From: Octopus vulgaris
Taxonomy: Eukaryota
Direction of reading: 5' to 3'
Length of the DNA: 64,000 bases
NCBI GenBank assembly: GCA_951406725.2
Contig: OX597818.1
Location: 65,100,001-65,164,000 of the forward strand
This document shows, piece by piece, positions 1 to 12,227 of this stretch. The notes beneath the pieces are model-generated. The model was given only the letters and a program-made list of their open reading frames with translations. It was not told the DNA's origin and ran no database searches. A program made the translations under genes and the position numbers. Each line of letters begins with the position of its first letter. Positions within the stretch are counted from its first letter, which is position 1.

Positions 1-705
1 CTCTGATCGATATAATTGATTTAAGCCTCACTTCTAATTGTGGGCCTTTAGCTAATATTTCAACCCATATTACGAAATCTAAAGCAAGGAGGGTGATCTC
101 TCCTCCTCTACAGAGACTGGAAGATTTGAACGTGTCGCCGTAAATTACTTGTCGACCACAGACGATGATTCATCAACCTATCGGGTATAATAATATCTCG
201 GCCACACAACTTACTGAATATATCTCATTATTTTAATATCATACATTAATAAATATTGGCGTAGTATATAATTAATAAATGATCTCAATATTTGCATAAG
301 TTTTCATTACTTTCGACATATTTTCAGAATGTCAACGTCGATGCCCTTCGAATATTTAATCATAGAGTATGTCATTGCGATAGAAAATATTTATTTATTG
401 ATTTTTCAAATTATATTCCTTGGTGAATATTTACTCGTGTACCAATGTCGTAAGAGATATTAAAAATTATATACGATTTATAACCATATTTGTATAATAA
501 CGATGTCGCATTAAGCCTGCTTGGCTGTTTTCGAAATATTGCAACGATGAGGTAGCAGAACAATTAACGACATTTCACGAATTGGGTTTTCTATCCCATC
601 CAGAGCTGTAAATATTTTAGGGTCATCGACTTTGCACCACCAATCAAATGAATTGGGATTAGTACCAAGTGGGGTTTATTTCATCTCAGGATGAAATCTA
701 ATTTC

Positions 706-1173
706 ATTATTTACATTATTTGTATTTGACGGATATTTGTCCTCATCTTGTTTGTTGTTAACACAACTTTTCGGCTGATATGCCCTCCAGCCTTCATCAG
801 GTGTCTTGGGGAAATTTCCAACCTGGGTTCGCATTCCTAATGTATTTTTGATGTTGTTGTTATTATTATTATTATTATTTTTATTATTATTATTATTGGG
901 AAATTTCGAAATTTCATTCCTCAGATATTTTTCGATGTTATTATTATTATTAACCACTACGCCATATGACCACGGGCATATAGCGTAGTGGTTAATCGAA
1001 AAATACCTTAGGAATGAGAACCCAGGTTCGAAATTTCTCCAAGACACCTGCTGAAGGCTGGAGCGTATATCAGCCGAAACGTTGTGTTAACAACAAAAAA
1101 GATGAGGAGAAATATCCCTCAAATGTAAATAATGTAAATAGTGTACGTAATTTCTCATCTCTTAAATATAGAA
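706..1173. mobile_element. tRNA-head/hammerhead element: minus-strand hammerhead module, (TAT)n, fold-back head, plus-strand hammerhead module
   Basis: 706-850 is the reverse complement of 1000-1140. A palindromic head remnant lies at 951-994. The module reads GACAC CTG(A/C)TGA A GGCTG..CAGCC GAAA CGTT GTGTT. Confidence 0.75.
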
Positions 1174-1209
1174 TGTGATATCTCTTTTATTTCCATCTCA
1201 ATGATATGC

Positions 1210-1625
1210 GTGACTGTGTGGTGGGAAGCTTGCTGCCCTACCACGTGATTCTGCATGACTCCGTAAATAAATGCCTTGTACTGTAGCCTCGACCAAAGCC
1301 TTGTGAATAGATTTGATAGAGAGAAACTGAACAAAGCCCGTCTTTTGCGTCTGTGTGTGCTCATGCCTGCATGTGTGTGTGTATGTGTGTGTTTATATGT
1401 GTGCGGGTGCGTGTATGGGGGGTGTCTTTGTGGTTGTACCTCGCCACTGCTTGACTGCAGGTTTTTGCGATTTTATGACTTCGAAACCTAGAGTTTCGGA
1501 AAAAGAGATCATACAAAAAGTACACCCACCACACAAAAAAAACAGGGGTCGACCTATTTGACTAAAATTTTTCAAGGTGGTGCTCCAGCATGGCTACAGT
1601 CTGATGACTGAAAGAAACAAAACAG
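1210..1625 (+). mobile_element. SINE family A (tRNA-like head, CORE-like segment, internal (TA)/(TG) repeat), degenerate
   Basis: Matches the family motifs GCCTCGACCAAAGCCTTGTGA and GGTGCTCCAGCATGGC..TGACTGAAA seen in more than 15 copies in the window. Confidence 0.8.
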
Positions 1626-2067
1626 AAACGATATTCAAATAAATGAAGTTTGGGTTTTAGCAATATTTTATAATCAAATTTAGAACTGCTTAATTTATGT
1701 TCCCAAATGAGGCTGATGTGGCAGGAATTCCAGACGTCAAAGGAATTCCACTCTGAGGAATAACGGTCCAGAAGAAATAGAATCTATACACCAAAACTGG
1801 GGAAAGATCCGTAAATAAACATCTAATTCTTGACAAAACCCCATGGAACTTTCACTCGTGCCTCACTGTTTACATTACATCGAATATTTGAACTTAGTTC
1901 TCTCTCTGTGGAATTTACTGAATCTTAGAATTTCTATGAATATTTAATTATTTTATCAGTATGTTTTTCCAGAGTTTTGCATGTATTTTCCATTTCTGGT
2001 AGCCTCATTTTATTTACCATTGAGCAGTAGAAAGTTTTCGAAAGCTGTTTAGCACTTTAATAAATTT

Positions 2068-2217
2068 ACAGCTCTATATCTAAGAGATGACGAATTATGT
2101 ACGTTATTTACGTTTGACGGATATTTGTCCTCTGATATACCCTCCAGCCTTCATCAGGTGTCTTTGGGAAATTTCGAAGCTGGGTTCTCAATACTAAGAT
2201 ATTTTTCGTCGTAGTAG

Positions 2218-2248
<31 letters not shown>

Positions 2249-2355
2249 TGTTGTTGTTGTTGTTGTTGTTGTTGTTCACATCACTGCCTGGAATCGAACT
2301 CAGAATCTTGGGTTTAGTATCCCGCGCTCTTAAACACTACGAAAAATGTCCGTGG
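2068..2355 (-). mobile_element. tRNA-head/hammerhead element, single unit with internal deletion
   Basis: Head at 2275-2355, microsatellite spacer, hammerhead module at 2068-2207. Flanked by the direct repeat TTAATAAATTT at 2057-2067 and 2356-2366. Confidence 0.8.
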
Positions 2356-2469
2356 TTAATAAATTTGTTTCCAGATTTAGAAGTTACAATTCCTTTTAAG
2401 AATCTCATCCCATTTTCAATCCTCCAAACCAACTCTCCTATAGTCTTTCTTGCGTGGAAATACTCTTGA

Positions 2470-2790
2470 TTTTACTGCATAGTACATTGAGCAAGTGTCT
2501 TTGCTATAGCCAGGGGCCGAACACTATCTTGTGAATGGAGTTGGTTGAGGGAAACTAAAAGAATTTCATCTGTGTATGTGTTTGTTTTTGTGTGTGTCTT
2601 TGTATTTGTCTCAACCTACCGCTTGACAACAGTCGTTGACTTGTTCACGTTACCGTGTCTCAAAAGTTTGGCAAGAGAGAATATGTGTCAGTCTCGAAAA
2701 GTAAATACTTGCCTCCGTTTGTTTAATTGAAAATCCCTCAAGACTCTGTTGCAGCATGGCGGTGGTCCAGTCACTGAAACACTTAAGCAC
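2470..2790 (+). mobile_element. SINE family A, degenerate
   Basis: TTGAGCAAGTGTCTTTGCTATAGCC core and GCAGCATGGCG..CACTGAAACA tail. Confidence 0.7.
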
Positions 2791-2996
2791 AAAAGACCAA
2801 TACAAATATTCATGGTTGCGTATGGGTGTATGTGTGTGTATGTGTTTTTGTGTATACGAAGCTTGATATTGAATGAATGAGAAAATAAATGTTTAATTAG
2901 TTTTGTACGTGGTATTCCTATGCTATGAAACCTGCAATTGAGAAAGAAAGTCGCGACGCGATTTTCACGCTGTTGTGAAATTCAGGCGAAACATAT

Positions 2997-3134
2997 ATAC
3001 ATTATTTACATTATTTACATTTGACGAATATTTGTCATCATCTTGTTTGTTGTTAACACAACGCTTCGGCTGATATACCCTCCAGCCTTCATCAGGTGTC
3101 TTGGAGTAATTTCGAACCTGGGTTCGCATTCCTA

Positions 3135-3138
<4 letters not shown>
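2997..3138 (-). mobile_element. Hammerhead module of the tRNA-head element
   Basis: Near-identical to 706-845. Its core at about 3055-3100 has GAAG in place of GAAA. Confidence 0.75.
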
Positions 3139-3209
<71 letters not shown>

Positions 3210-3234
3210 TACTACTGCTACTACTACTACTACT

Positions 3235-4095
3235 CAGTAGTTTTATTTTATAACGTGCTTCCACTTCCCTACCGAGCGCAGCTCTGTGTGCCTTAGGTAT
3301 ATGTTGTGGTTTGCTGTGATGCTCTGATGGTTACTGTATTGAAAGTGTTTTGCGTAGGATGTGTGCAGTGCCTAGTAGTGCGATTTTCTGTATATTGTAT
3401 ATATATTTGTAAGTGCTGGTGTTCTTGTTGTGTATTTGTCTGAATATTTTTTATATTACTTAATGCGCCCACTATGATAGGAATTGTTTCTGTTTTTAGA
3501 TTCCACTTTCTGGTTACCTCTATTCCCAGGTCTTTGTATTTCGAAAGTTTCTCTATTTCTATTAGAGACACGTTGTCATCTGCTGGTATTGAAACATCAA
3601 TTAGAAAGCTTTTTTTCCCTCCTGATCTCTGACAACTATATCTGGTCTGTTGGCCTTAATTTCTCTATCTGTGTGTATCGGCATATCCCAGAGTATGGTT
3701 GCTTTCGCGTTTCTTGTGACCTTTACTCACGTTTGCTTATACCATCTTTTTTCTGTTGTTATTCCATAGTGTTGGCATAACTTCCAGTGTATGTAGGTCC
3801 CAACTCTGTCGTGTCTGTGGATAAATTCCTTCTAAGCCAGGACTTGGCAGCCAGAGATAATAAGATTAATTGTTTCTTGTTCATCTCCACATATTTTGCA
3901 GTTCCTTGTTATGTTTCTTTTCATTACATGTTTTTGGTAATTTCTGGTGAGGAGGCTTTGGTCTTGTGCTGCAATTAAAAATTCCTCTGTCTCTGCTTTG
4001 AGTCCTGAGCTTCTCAACCACTGCTGGGATTTTTATCACGATCCGTTACCGTTCTAATTTTAGTTTGGATTTCATTTGTTTTATAGCTTTTGTTT
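3235..4095 (-). mobile_element. R4/Dong-like non-LTR retrotransposon, 3' part (zinc knuckle and restriction-like endonuclease), decayed
   Basis: Translations LKAETEEFLIAAQDQSL, CKICGDEQETIN..SGC (CCHC-like), HRHDRVG, ANRPD, EKLSKYKDL..WNLKTETIPIIVGAL. The 3' end runs into (AGT)n/(AAT)n and the 5' end abuts (AAG)n. Confidence 0.9.
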
Positions 4096-4171
4096 CTTCT
4101 TCTTCTTCTTCTTCTTCTTCTTCTTCTTCTTCTTGAGATAATCATAAATACGTGATGGTTCGAAGAGATAT

Positions 4172-4770
4172 TATTATTGAGTGGAAGAGCAGTGCATGCC
4201 ACCAAAGTGACACTGGGGTAAAATATACGAAGCCCAGCAACATATCTACCCATCTGATAAGTGTACATCAGGTACATCCATCACAACCATATGTGCGCGA
4301 CATGGTGATCTCATATCAAGATTAACAGCACATGACCTTGAAGGTGGGACCCAATTTTCTTCAGGTGGAGTAGCTGATCCCGCTCAAAAGGTTTGTGACT
4401 AAGGAATCTATGGTATTGAGCAGAATATTTGCTCAAAAGTTCCCTGAATGAGGGTTGTTTAAGGATGTTAAACGAAACACCCACATTTCCAGAGGTGAAT
4501 TATTCCAACTCCAAATAATTCATCCCAACATATGGCTATGATGAACCCCTACTAGTTCTACTTGTGATCAGAGATGAACATATCGTCAGCCATTAAGGGA
4601 CATGCTTAACTGGTTAATGTCAAACAAGCGACGAGCAAATCTGAGGTATTGAACATAATATTTGCTGAAGCCCATCTTTTACACAAAGACAAAACAATGT
4701 TCATGATAACACTTCCAATCAGTTAAGATCAGAAGCGATGAGAACCACTGCCTGGTACTGCATCAGGGCA
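4172..4770. repeat. Interspersed repeat of about 600 bp bounded by (ATT)n, probably a non-autonomous retroelement
   Basis: An inverted diverged copy lies at about 8200-8660. No coding signal; microsatellite-bounded. Confidence 0.65.
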
Positions 4771-4789
4771 TTATTATTATTATTATTAT

Positions 4790-4844
<55 letters not shown>

Positions 4845-5384
4845 CGTAGTAGTGTTGTAGTAACTACATAGGAGCTTTATGTTTAGAATACGTTCAGTAT
4901 TAATGATAATTATAGTAGATGGTAAACATCTTAGCTGTTAGATATAGCGATAAGAAGAAAGTAATTTTTAAGCACAATAGTTCTTGCAAAATGTGAAAAC
5001 TGAATGATCTGTAAGATACTCAATAATATTAATAACGAAGCAAAATATCGTTATTTTTTCTTGGAAGTGAGAGCGTTGAATGAAACATGTCATTTTCATT
5101 GAATATCGTTTCTTGTTTGAAGAAAATAAAAGAAACTAAACAAACCCTGTTCAAAGGAATTGAAATGCTTTAAAAGAAAACTAATTCTGATAGTGTCACT
5201 AAAATTGAATATCAAATTAATAATTTCAACATTTTGCTAGTTTTTTGTTTGAGTGACTTAGTAAAATTTAATTGACGAATTATAGAATTCATTAGCAGAT
5301 ATTGGTGACAATATCCGTTAATTTATAACAGATGCACAATCAAAACAAATGTCATGCACTTGCAATCTCCTTTATCTTCCACTT

Positions 5385-5998
5385 TTATATGTTGCAGTCA
5401 TTCGACTGCGGCCATGCTAGAGCGAATCTTTGAAGAAATTTTAATCGAATGCTTTGATCCCAGTCATTACGTTTTAAGGTTAAAGGCAACGAGTTGGAAG
5501 AATCAGAAGAACGCTGGAAGATTTACTTGGCACTATTTCACCCTTCGTTTGAACTCACCTGAGTTCAAATTCCGCCGAGATCGACTTTACTTTTTATCCT
5601 TTCAGGGTCGATAAATTCAGTACCAGTGAAACACTGTTGTTCGATGTAATCGACTGGCCCGCTTCCCCCGAAATTCTGTCCTTGTGTCTTTAGTAGAATT
5701 GGTCATCTTTTAATCGTTAGCCTGATACTTGTGGAAACCTTTTTCACTCAACCGCTAGGTTACATGGACGTAAACAAACCGGCACATGTCTTCAAGTGGT
5801 AGTGACGGACAAAAACATAAACATACACACAATCATATACACGACGGGTTTCTTTAAGTTTACGTGTGTCAAACCACTCAGTGTTTTGAAGGCCCATTGC
5901 TTCATAGAAGAAACCAAGAAAGGGTGCCACGCAGTGGGATTGAATCAGGAACAATGTGGCTGCAAACTAACTCCTTTACCACACTGTCTCGCCTGCGC
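5385..5998 (-). mobile_element. SINE family A with a nested family-B SINE (about 5483-5700, plus strand)
   Basis: The family-A tail (5385-5470) and head (5720-5998) are separated by CTGAGTTCAAATTCCGCCGAGATCGACTTT..GGGTCGATAAA..GTACCAG. Confidence 0.8.
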
Positions 5999-6114
5999 TT
6001 ATGATGTAAAAATGACATAAAGCAGTGTTCCCCACGAAAAACAATGCATGAAAATGTCTTCACTTATATATTCTCTCAATATCTCACAGATTGGGATATT
6101 ATGCAATAATGGTT

Positions 6115-6330
6115 GAAGGAGGCGAGCTGGAAGCACCATTAGCGTGTAGAACAAAATTGCTCAACAGCATTTCTTCCAGCTCCTTAAGTTCTGAGTTCAA
6201 ATCTCGCCGAGGCATAATTGGCATTTCATCCATTTCGGGTGGGTTTATAAAATTAAGTGCCGATCAAGCTCTGCGCTCGACGTAATCGTCTTTTCTACTC
6301 CCTTGAAAATTACTGATGTTGAACCCGGGA
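6115..6330 (+). mobile_element. SINE family B (GGCGGCGAGCTGG head; Meta-domain-like central segment), degenerate
   Basis: GGAGGCGAGCTGG..TTCTGAGTTCAAATC B-box-like segment. Confidence 0.7.
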
Positions 6331-7221
6331 ACAGATCGGTGTCCTGTTGATGGTTTGTTAAGATCACCATGAATTATAATCCATGGAAATCGTATAGCCA
6401 GTTTTCTAATTAATAAGGGCCCAAAAAAGTAATAATGCTTTAGACGATAATGTATGATAATGATACTGCACTTTATATAATGTTAGACAGTATTTGGTGA
6501 CGGAATACTGGAATTAACACGTAAATAGGAAGTAATTTGATGTCACAATACTTGTAAATTCATGAATAGAATGTCTTAATATTATTGTAATGTTTGGTAA
6601 TTTTACAAAATTTTGAAAAGAATAGAATATATGGCAGGGAATGACATGTATATTTTAAAGGGCAATTGAGATATTTATGACATTTTAAGACAGTATATTT
6701 CACAATATGCTTCAAAATAAATATATAAATTATGAGAATCCTTGTAAAGTTTAAAAGCTTTTTTTTTCAGTGGTTGAAATGTTTCTATGTATTTGAGAAA
6801 GAGAAATGTATTGTACGTGAAGTTGTGTCATAACACAAATCATGAATAATGCGATGCATTCATTGTAAAGTAAAATGTTCGGAATATAGAGAGAGCCTTT
6901 GTTAAAGAAACAGTAGGGAGAATGGCGTTGTGGCAGTAAAGAAAAAAATTGTTTGTTACAGTTTGCATTGCAAAAGATGATGCAACAAACGAAATAAATA
7001 TTTATTCAGTTGAACTGAAGTGAACATGTAGCAATTTGAATATGAGGAAAATGTCGATTGTTGCATATTAGCTATATATTTCAATGTCCATTAAGCTGCA
7101 TGTTTTCGCACGTATGGCTTCATGTATCATTTTTTTTTTGTTTCATTCGTAATTGCCGCATATATTTATAAAGGTATCTGTGTGGTTTTCACAGTTATAC
7201 ACACATACTCTTACACAGACA

Positions 7222-7260
<39 letters not shown>

Positions 7261-7559
7261 TCACACACACTCACGTACATATAGATATGCATATGCCCAT
7301 ATTAACCTACACACGTGCGCGTGCTCATTTATATATATATATATATATATATATTTGATCACATGAACGCTTTGAGAGACGGCACGTCCATTTAAAATCC
7401 ATCACAATATGCTGCATATAGCTATCCTCTGATCGTTCGCTTGACTTTCTCAGCGTGAGACAAGTAGGCAGAAGTATATACTTGATGCTAATACATGTTC
7501 AGATCACAACGAATGCATGCTCAAGAAGCGAATTTTTCAGTTAAAAAACACCTAGAAAT

Positions 7560-8180
7560 GGAAACAAACAAGGGAAAAATCCACCAAGGACGGCATCTAC
7601 ACATTTGAGTAATTACCACATTTAAGTGACAAGATTGTCTTCTGTACATCTTCGCTGATTGAACGAGCATAATGATAATGACATATGACAACTCTTTCAC
7701 CCATTACTTCACGAACTGATAATAAAAGAAAGCTCCACAACGAAGCTAAGGAAATGGGAGAATTTATATAAGCTCATAAGTAGGAATCGCATAAATCTCA
7801 TAAGTAAGAATCCCCTAGTAATGTTAGGGTGCCAATGTCTGACTCACATCGCTCCCGTGTGCACATAAAATAAGTTAGAACGGTCATTCATTAAGGATAT
7901 GGGAAACCTTATGAAAATACCTGATTGATTAGCAAGAGATATTACTTACCTATTCCCCATGAATAATAAAAATAATTATCCTCCAAACTATCGGATCATA
8001 ACATGTCTATCTACCACGTATAAATCTTTAACATCCATCCAACTTCTACCTTTTTTGGCACGGCCATAATAATCATGAAAGTATTAGATGGCGGAAAATA
8101 ACGGATAACGTGTTACCATAGGCTGCAGGTAGTAATCCCACTACGCATGGAAGACTCCAGCAGCTTTAAATACCTGTGAT
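7560..8180 (+). mobile_element. R4/Dong-like reverse transcriptase fossil
   Basis: About 7915-8040 translates IPD*LARDITYLFP..NYRIITCLSTTYKSLTSI, the early RT motif of this clade. EDSSSFKYL follows at about 8150-8175. Confidence 0.7.
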
Positions 8181-8199
8181 AAAAAGATATAATGATTGG

Positions 8200-8660
8200 T
8201 ATAAAAGATAGGCTACAGCAAATATTCTGCGCAATACCACATATTTCCTTGTCTATCATTTGACCTTAAACAGTTGAGCATATGGCCCATAGTGGCAGAC
8301 GATATGTGCATCTCTGTTCACGAGTAGAAGTAGTAGGGGAGCATCATAGTCATGTATAGAGAGGATTTCTATGGAGCTTGAATAAATTCCTCTATGGAAT
8401 TATCTGTGTTTCGTTCAACATCTTTAAACAACCCTAATTGAAAGACAGTTTGAGTGGGATGGGTTACTCGACTTGAAGAAAATTTTAGCTGTGCCTCAAC
8501 TGCAAAGTCAGGCGCTGTTTATCTTGATATGAGATCACCGTGTCACACCCATATTATTGCGATGCATGTGCCTGGTGTACTCTTATCTGATGGGTAGTCA
8601 CAATGGATATACTGGGCTTCGTGTATTTTACCCCAGTATCACTGCTCTCACACTCAAAAA
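8200..8660. repeat. Inverted copy of the 4172-4770 repeat
   Basis: For example, TCTTGATATGAGATCACC and GGGCTTCGTGTATTTTACCCCAGT are reverse complements of segments at 4210-4320. Confidence 0.7.
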
Positions 8661-8684
8661 GAATGATTGTAACCAGAACAACAT

Positions 8685-9050
8685 TTTCTACTATGGGCGC
8701 AAGGCCTGAAATTAGTTGATTACATCGACCCCAGTGTGTAAATTGTACTTAATATATAAAAGGCAAAGTCGAACCCGGCGGAATATGAAATCAGAACGTA
8801 AAGGCAGACGAAATACCTATTTCTTTACTAACAACAAGGGGCTAAACACAGAGAGGACAAACAAGGACAGACAAACAGATTAAGTCCATTATATCGACCC
8901 CAGTGCGTAACTGGTACCTATTTAATCGACCCCGAGAGGATGAAAGGCAAAGTCGAGCTCGGCGGAATTTGAACTCAGAACGCAGCGGCAGACGAAATAT
9001 TGCTAAGCATTTCGCCCAGCGTGCTAACGTTTCTGCCAGCTCGCTGCCTT
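8685..9050 (-). mobile_element. SINE family B, dimeric form
   Basis: Full head and tail 1 followed by a second body starting at GGTATTTCGTCTGCC. Confidence 0.85.
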
Positions 9051-10799
9051 ATCAACAACAATATTAGAACACATCATGCGCCTGTTATTTTAACGTGAGT
9101 ATTATCTATACGAAGTCGAATTAGCTGCGCGTTATAACAATGTTGCTAACAAGAATTAGACGTGTAATGTGAGGTGCTGACACAGTCAGCGAGAATTCAA
9201 GCCCTACATATGGGGATTCGTATGAAATTTAGAAACAGAAATAACATAATAATAAAATAAAATGAAATTGAAAGAAAATTTTCAAAACAGAAGACAGAGA
9301 ATGATTATAACCAGAAGACGAGCAAGATGATAAACAAGAAAGAGAATGAAGAGAAACTATTTATATTAGAAAAAAAGTAGCGTAGAAGCAATAAGGGATA
9401 AAGGAAACGTGTGGGGAAATAATAATAATAATAATAATGATAATAATAATAATAATAATAATAATAATAGGGATAACAGTTTCATTAGATTTAAAGTAAT
9501 CATTAAATCATGGAATTATTCAAAGATGACACTGGCTACCGTTTTTATGACTCCAATATTTTCAAAATTATAGAGTTTCACCCTGTTATTTTAGGAAACT
9601 ATAATTTCTTTCGATAATTATTTAGCACGGAATATTTGTTAGTCTTTTTCCTTCCCTTTTTTTGCTTCTTTTTTTTTTTGTTTGGTTACCGTTTGCTCTA
9701 TGATCATGTGAGGAATATAAAATATCCAAGTCAATAACAGATTTTTACATGTAAAAATAAGGAGAAAATTTTATGCAAATAATTTCTTCTTGATCGCGTT
9801 TAAAATGAGAACATCCAGGAATTAAAATACTCTAATAATATCACATATTATTCACAAAAATATATAAACTAGAGATATTATCAAGCGAAAAATATCCGAT
9901 TACAAAATATGCAACAGGTTAATTATAGATATTTATGTACGTTGATAATTTATGCTATATTTAATCCAGGTTGCCTTTGCATATTTTTACTAGAATTCAC
10001 ATTTTCCCTCTAAAGCAGATCGCGTCTCCATTATCAGCAAATATCAATATTTGGTAATACGAGCAAAGGAATGCGATTTCGTATTCCTATTCATCCTGGC
10101 AATTTTGCAATGACCCACCTATGATCGTGGAATCTTGCTACCTGTAACTAGGACACTTTTTTTTTTTTTAATATTAACACGTATTGGTAAATTTTAATAC
10201 TTGTGGGTATAGAAAATAATTTAGTGTTGTGATATTTCTTAAGAAGTATATCATGCAGATATTCGTTTTATAGCTCAGAAGATATCTCTAATATTTCTTC
10301 CTAGATGTGCTTTGCTATGAATATGCAGTTCATTCGGGAATTTTTATAACGAAGTAAATAACATAAAGATAAACGTACATAAGACCGATTTAAGCATATT
10401 CATATAAAATGGCGAGTGGATATTACACGAAACTATAAAGCATATATTTGCATATATTTTAATATATCGATATGCAAGCTTCTTCTATTTTCTTTGTGTT
10501 GATATAGACTGAGTAACACAATGATATTTGAATACACGTGCGTTACTGCGCATGTGCACACACAAATGTATAAACACACACACACATACATAGATATAAA
10601 TTCCTTAGATGAATGTAAACTTGGTTTTACTACAACGAAATATAAAAACAAGCATATATCATGTGAATATGTGTGTGTGCATGTGTGTGTCTTTACGTAT
10701 GTATGTTTTGTATCAACAAACATTTCTAGTGTGTCCACCAAAAATATATACATACTTAAACAGCTGATTACTCACTCAATTTCAAGTTTTTAAAAAAAT

Positions 10800-11990
10800 T
10801 TAACCCTCTACGAATAAGGAACGGAGGCACGTGAATCTTTCTAGTAAGTTATTTTATAGTTCTACTGAAAGTTTGAAAGCTCACTCGAAATGAATAAGTA
10901 TTTGAGAAAGGAGCTCCAAATACATCAACCCGGGCTACCTACTAACATTGCAATAAGATAAAAGTTTGAAGGAAACGGGAGAGTTGCGAATGTCTACAAG
11001 ACATATTTAAAAACATGCCCGTCTCGATTTGTTCCAGGAAAGAAGAAAAAGTACTACAATTATATTTCTAGAGTTCAGAAAATCTGGGCAGCAAAAGAAT
11101 CCATCACGTTTTGATGACGTCGTTGAAAATGCTCCATTCAAAGAAACAGTCCATAATCTCGCTGAAGATAATCCTGAACAACGTGTGGAGTTTTATGAGT
11201 GGAGCATGACAAAATGTACACTCTCCAACAATGTTTGTTTCGAGTGATATGTCGTATTTAGATTGAATCGCCCAGTAACCACACAAATTGCATTTGCTGA
11301 GGACTTGAGAATCTGCATTGTATGGAAGAACATCATATGATTTTATGAGGAGTTAGAGTTCTGTGTGACTTAACAGCAGTGCAATTATCATTGGCGGACT
11401 GGGTCAAAAAATATTGGTCACCAGGAGACTCTACCTGTTCACCCACAAATAAAAGAGAGCCCACCCGCAACTACAATGCAATCATTTAATTTCTTTGTAT
11501 TTTTTCTTAAAAGTATTCTCTTTAACAGTCTACAGACACAGGTAGACTGAAATAATTAATGCATTCTTCCAGGAGTGAATAAAAAATTCTCAAACTTGAG
11601 AGCATGGGCCCCATAGATACTAACATGGGCCCCCATATATTGATTCCAATGGCGCAGGAGCCCACTTACCATCGGGCAAGCTAGCAACCTGGTCAGTTCG
11701 ACACTGCCTATGGTGTTGGTATCATGACTGATCCTACATGAAATTGCAGCGGTAACCTCTCATAGCTAAGCTTTCAAGAGGACTATGAAGATACGGAGCT
11801 TAATTTCCCAGACGTTGGAACATTTCTACATTACCATAGTAATGCATGTGTCTGCCTACTTTGATAAGGTTTTGCCAATCAGGAGGATTAGGCGGTGAAA
11901 TTTATTAGATTATCCCACCAGTTTCACCGAATCGTAGATCATTAATCATTTTTTTGTGGGTTCCCACTAAAGTTAATAAATGATAGAATT
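10800..11990 (+). mobile_element. Tc1/mariner-superfamily transposase fossil (DUF4817/DD37D-like), split by a MITE
   Basis: Fragmented translations VHNLAEDNPEQRVEFYEW, ENLHCMEEHH, DVGTFLHYH (QDGAPPHY-like) and YFDKVLPIRRIRR..DYPTSF..FLWG. Many stops and frameshifts. Confidence 0.65.
11389..11706. mobile_element. Putative hAT-type MITE
   Basis: Imperfect termini CATTGGCGGACTGG and CAGTTCGACACTG. It interrupts the transposase fossil. No clear TSD. Confidence 0.5.
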
Positions 11991-12227
11991 ATAAATGCAG
12001 TGAAGCTGGATAGCACACAACTGAGGACACCAAACAAACAAAACATTAAAGAGCATAATATTCCATTTATCAATGCTCACAATCAAGGATAAACCAACAT
12101 TTTTCACACTACGACCGCAGACCTACAAATACCAACGAAAAGACCCAAAATGGGAAATCTGGTGGATGAAAATGTTTTACAAAATCACAATCGTCAACAA
12201 TATAGTCCTCCAAAGCATCTTCTGATT

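Noticed and set aside
4725-4770. U2 snRNA-like words (ATCGCTTCT on minus, CCTGGTACTGCA on plus)
   Set aside because: The short matches are on opposite strands with no extended similarity.
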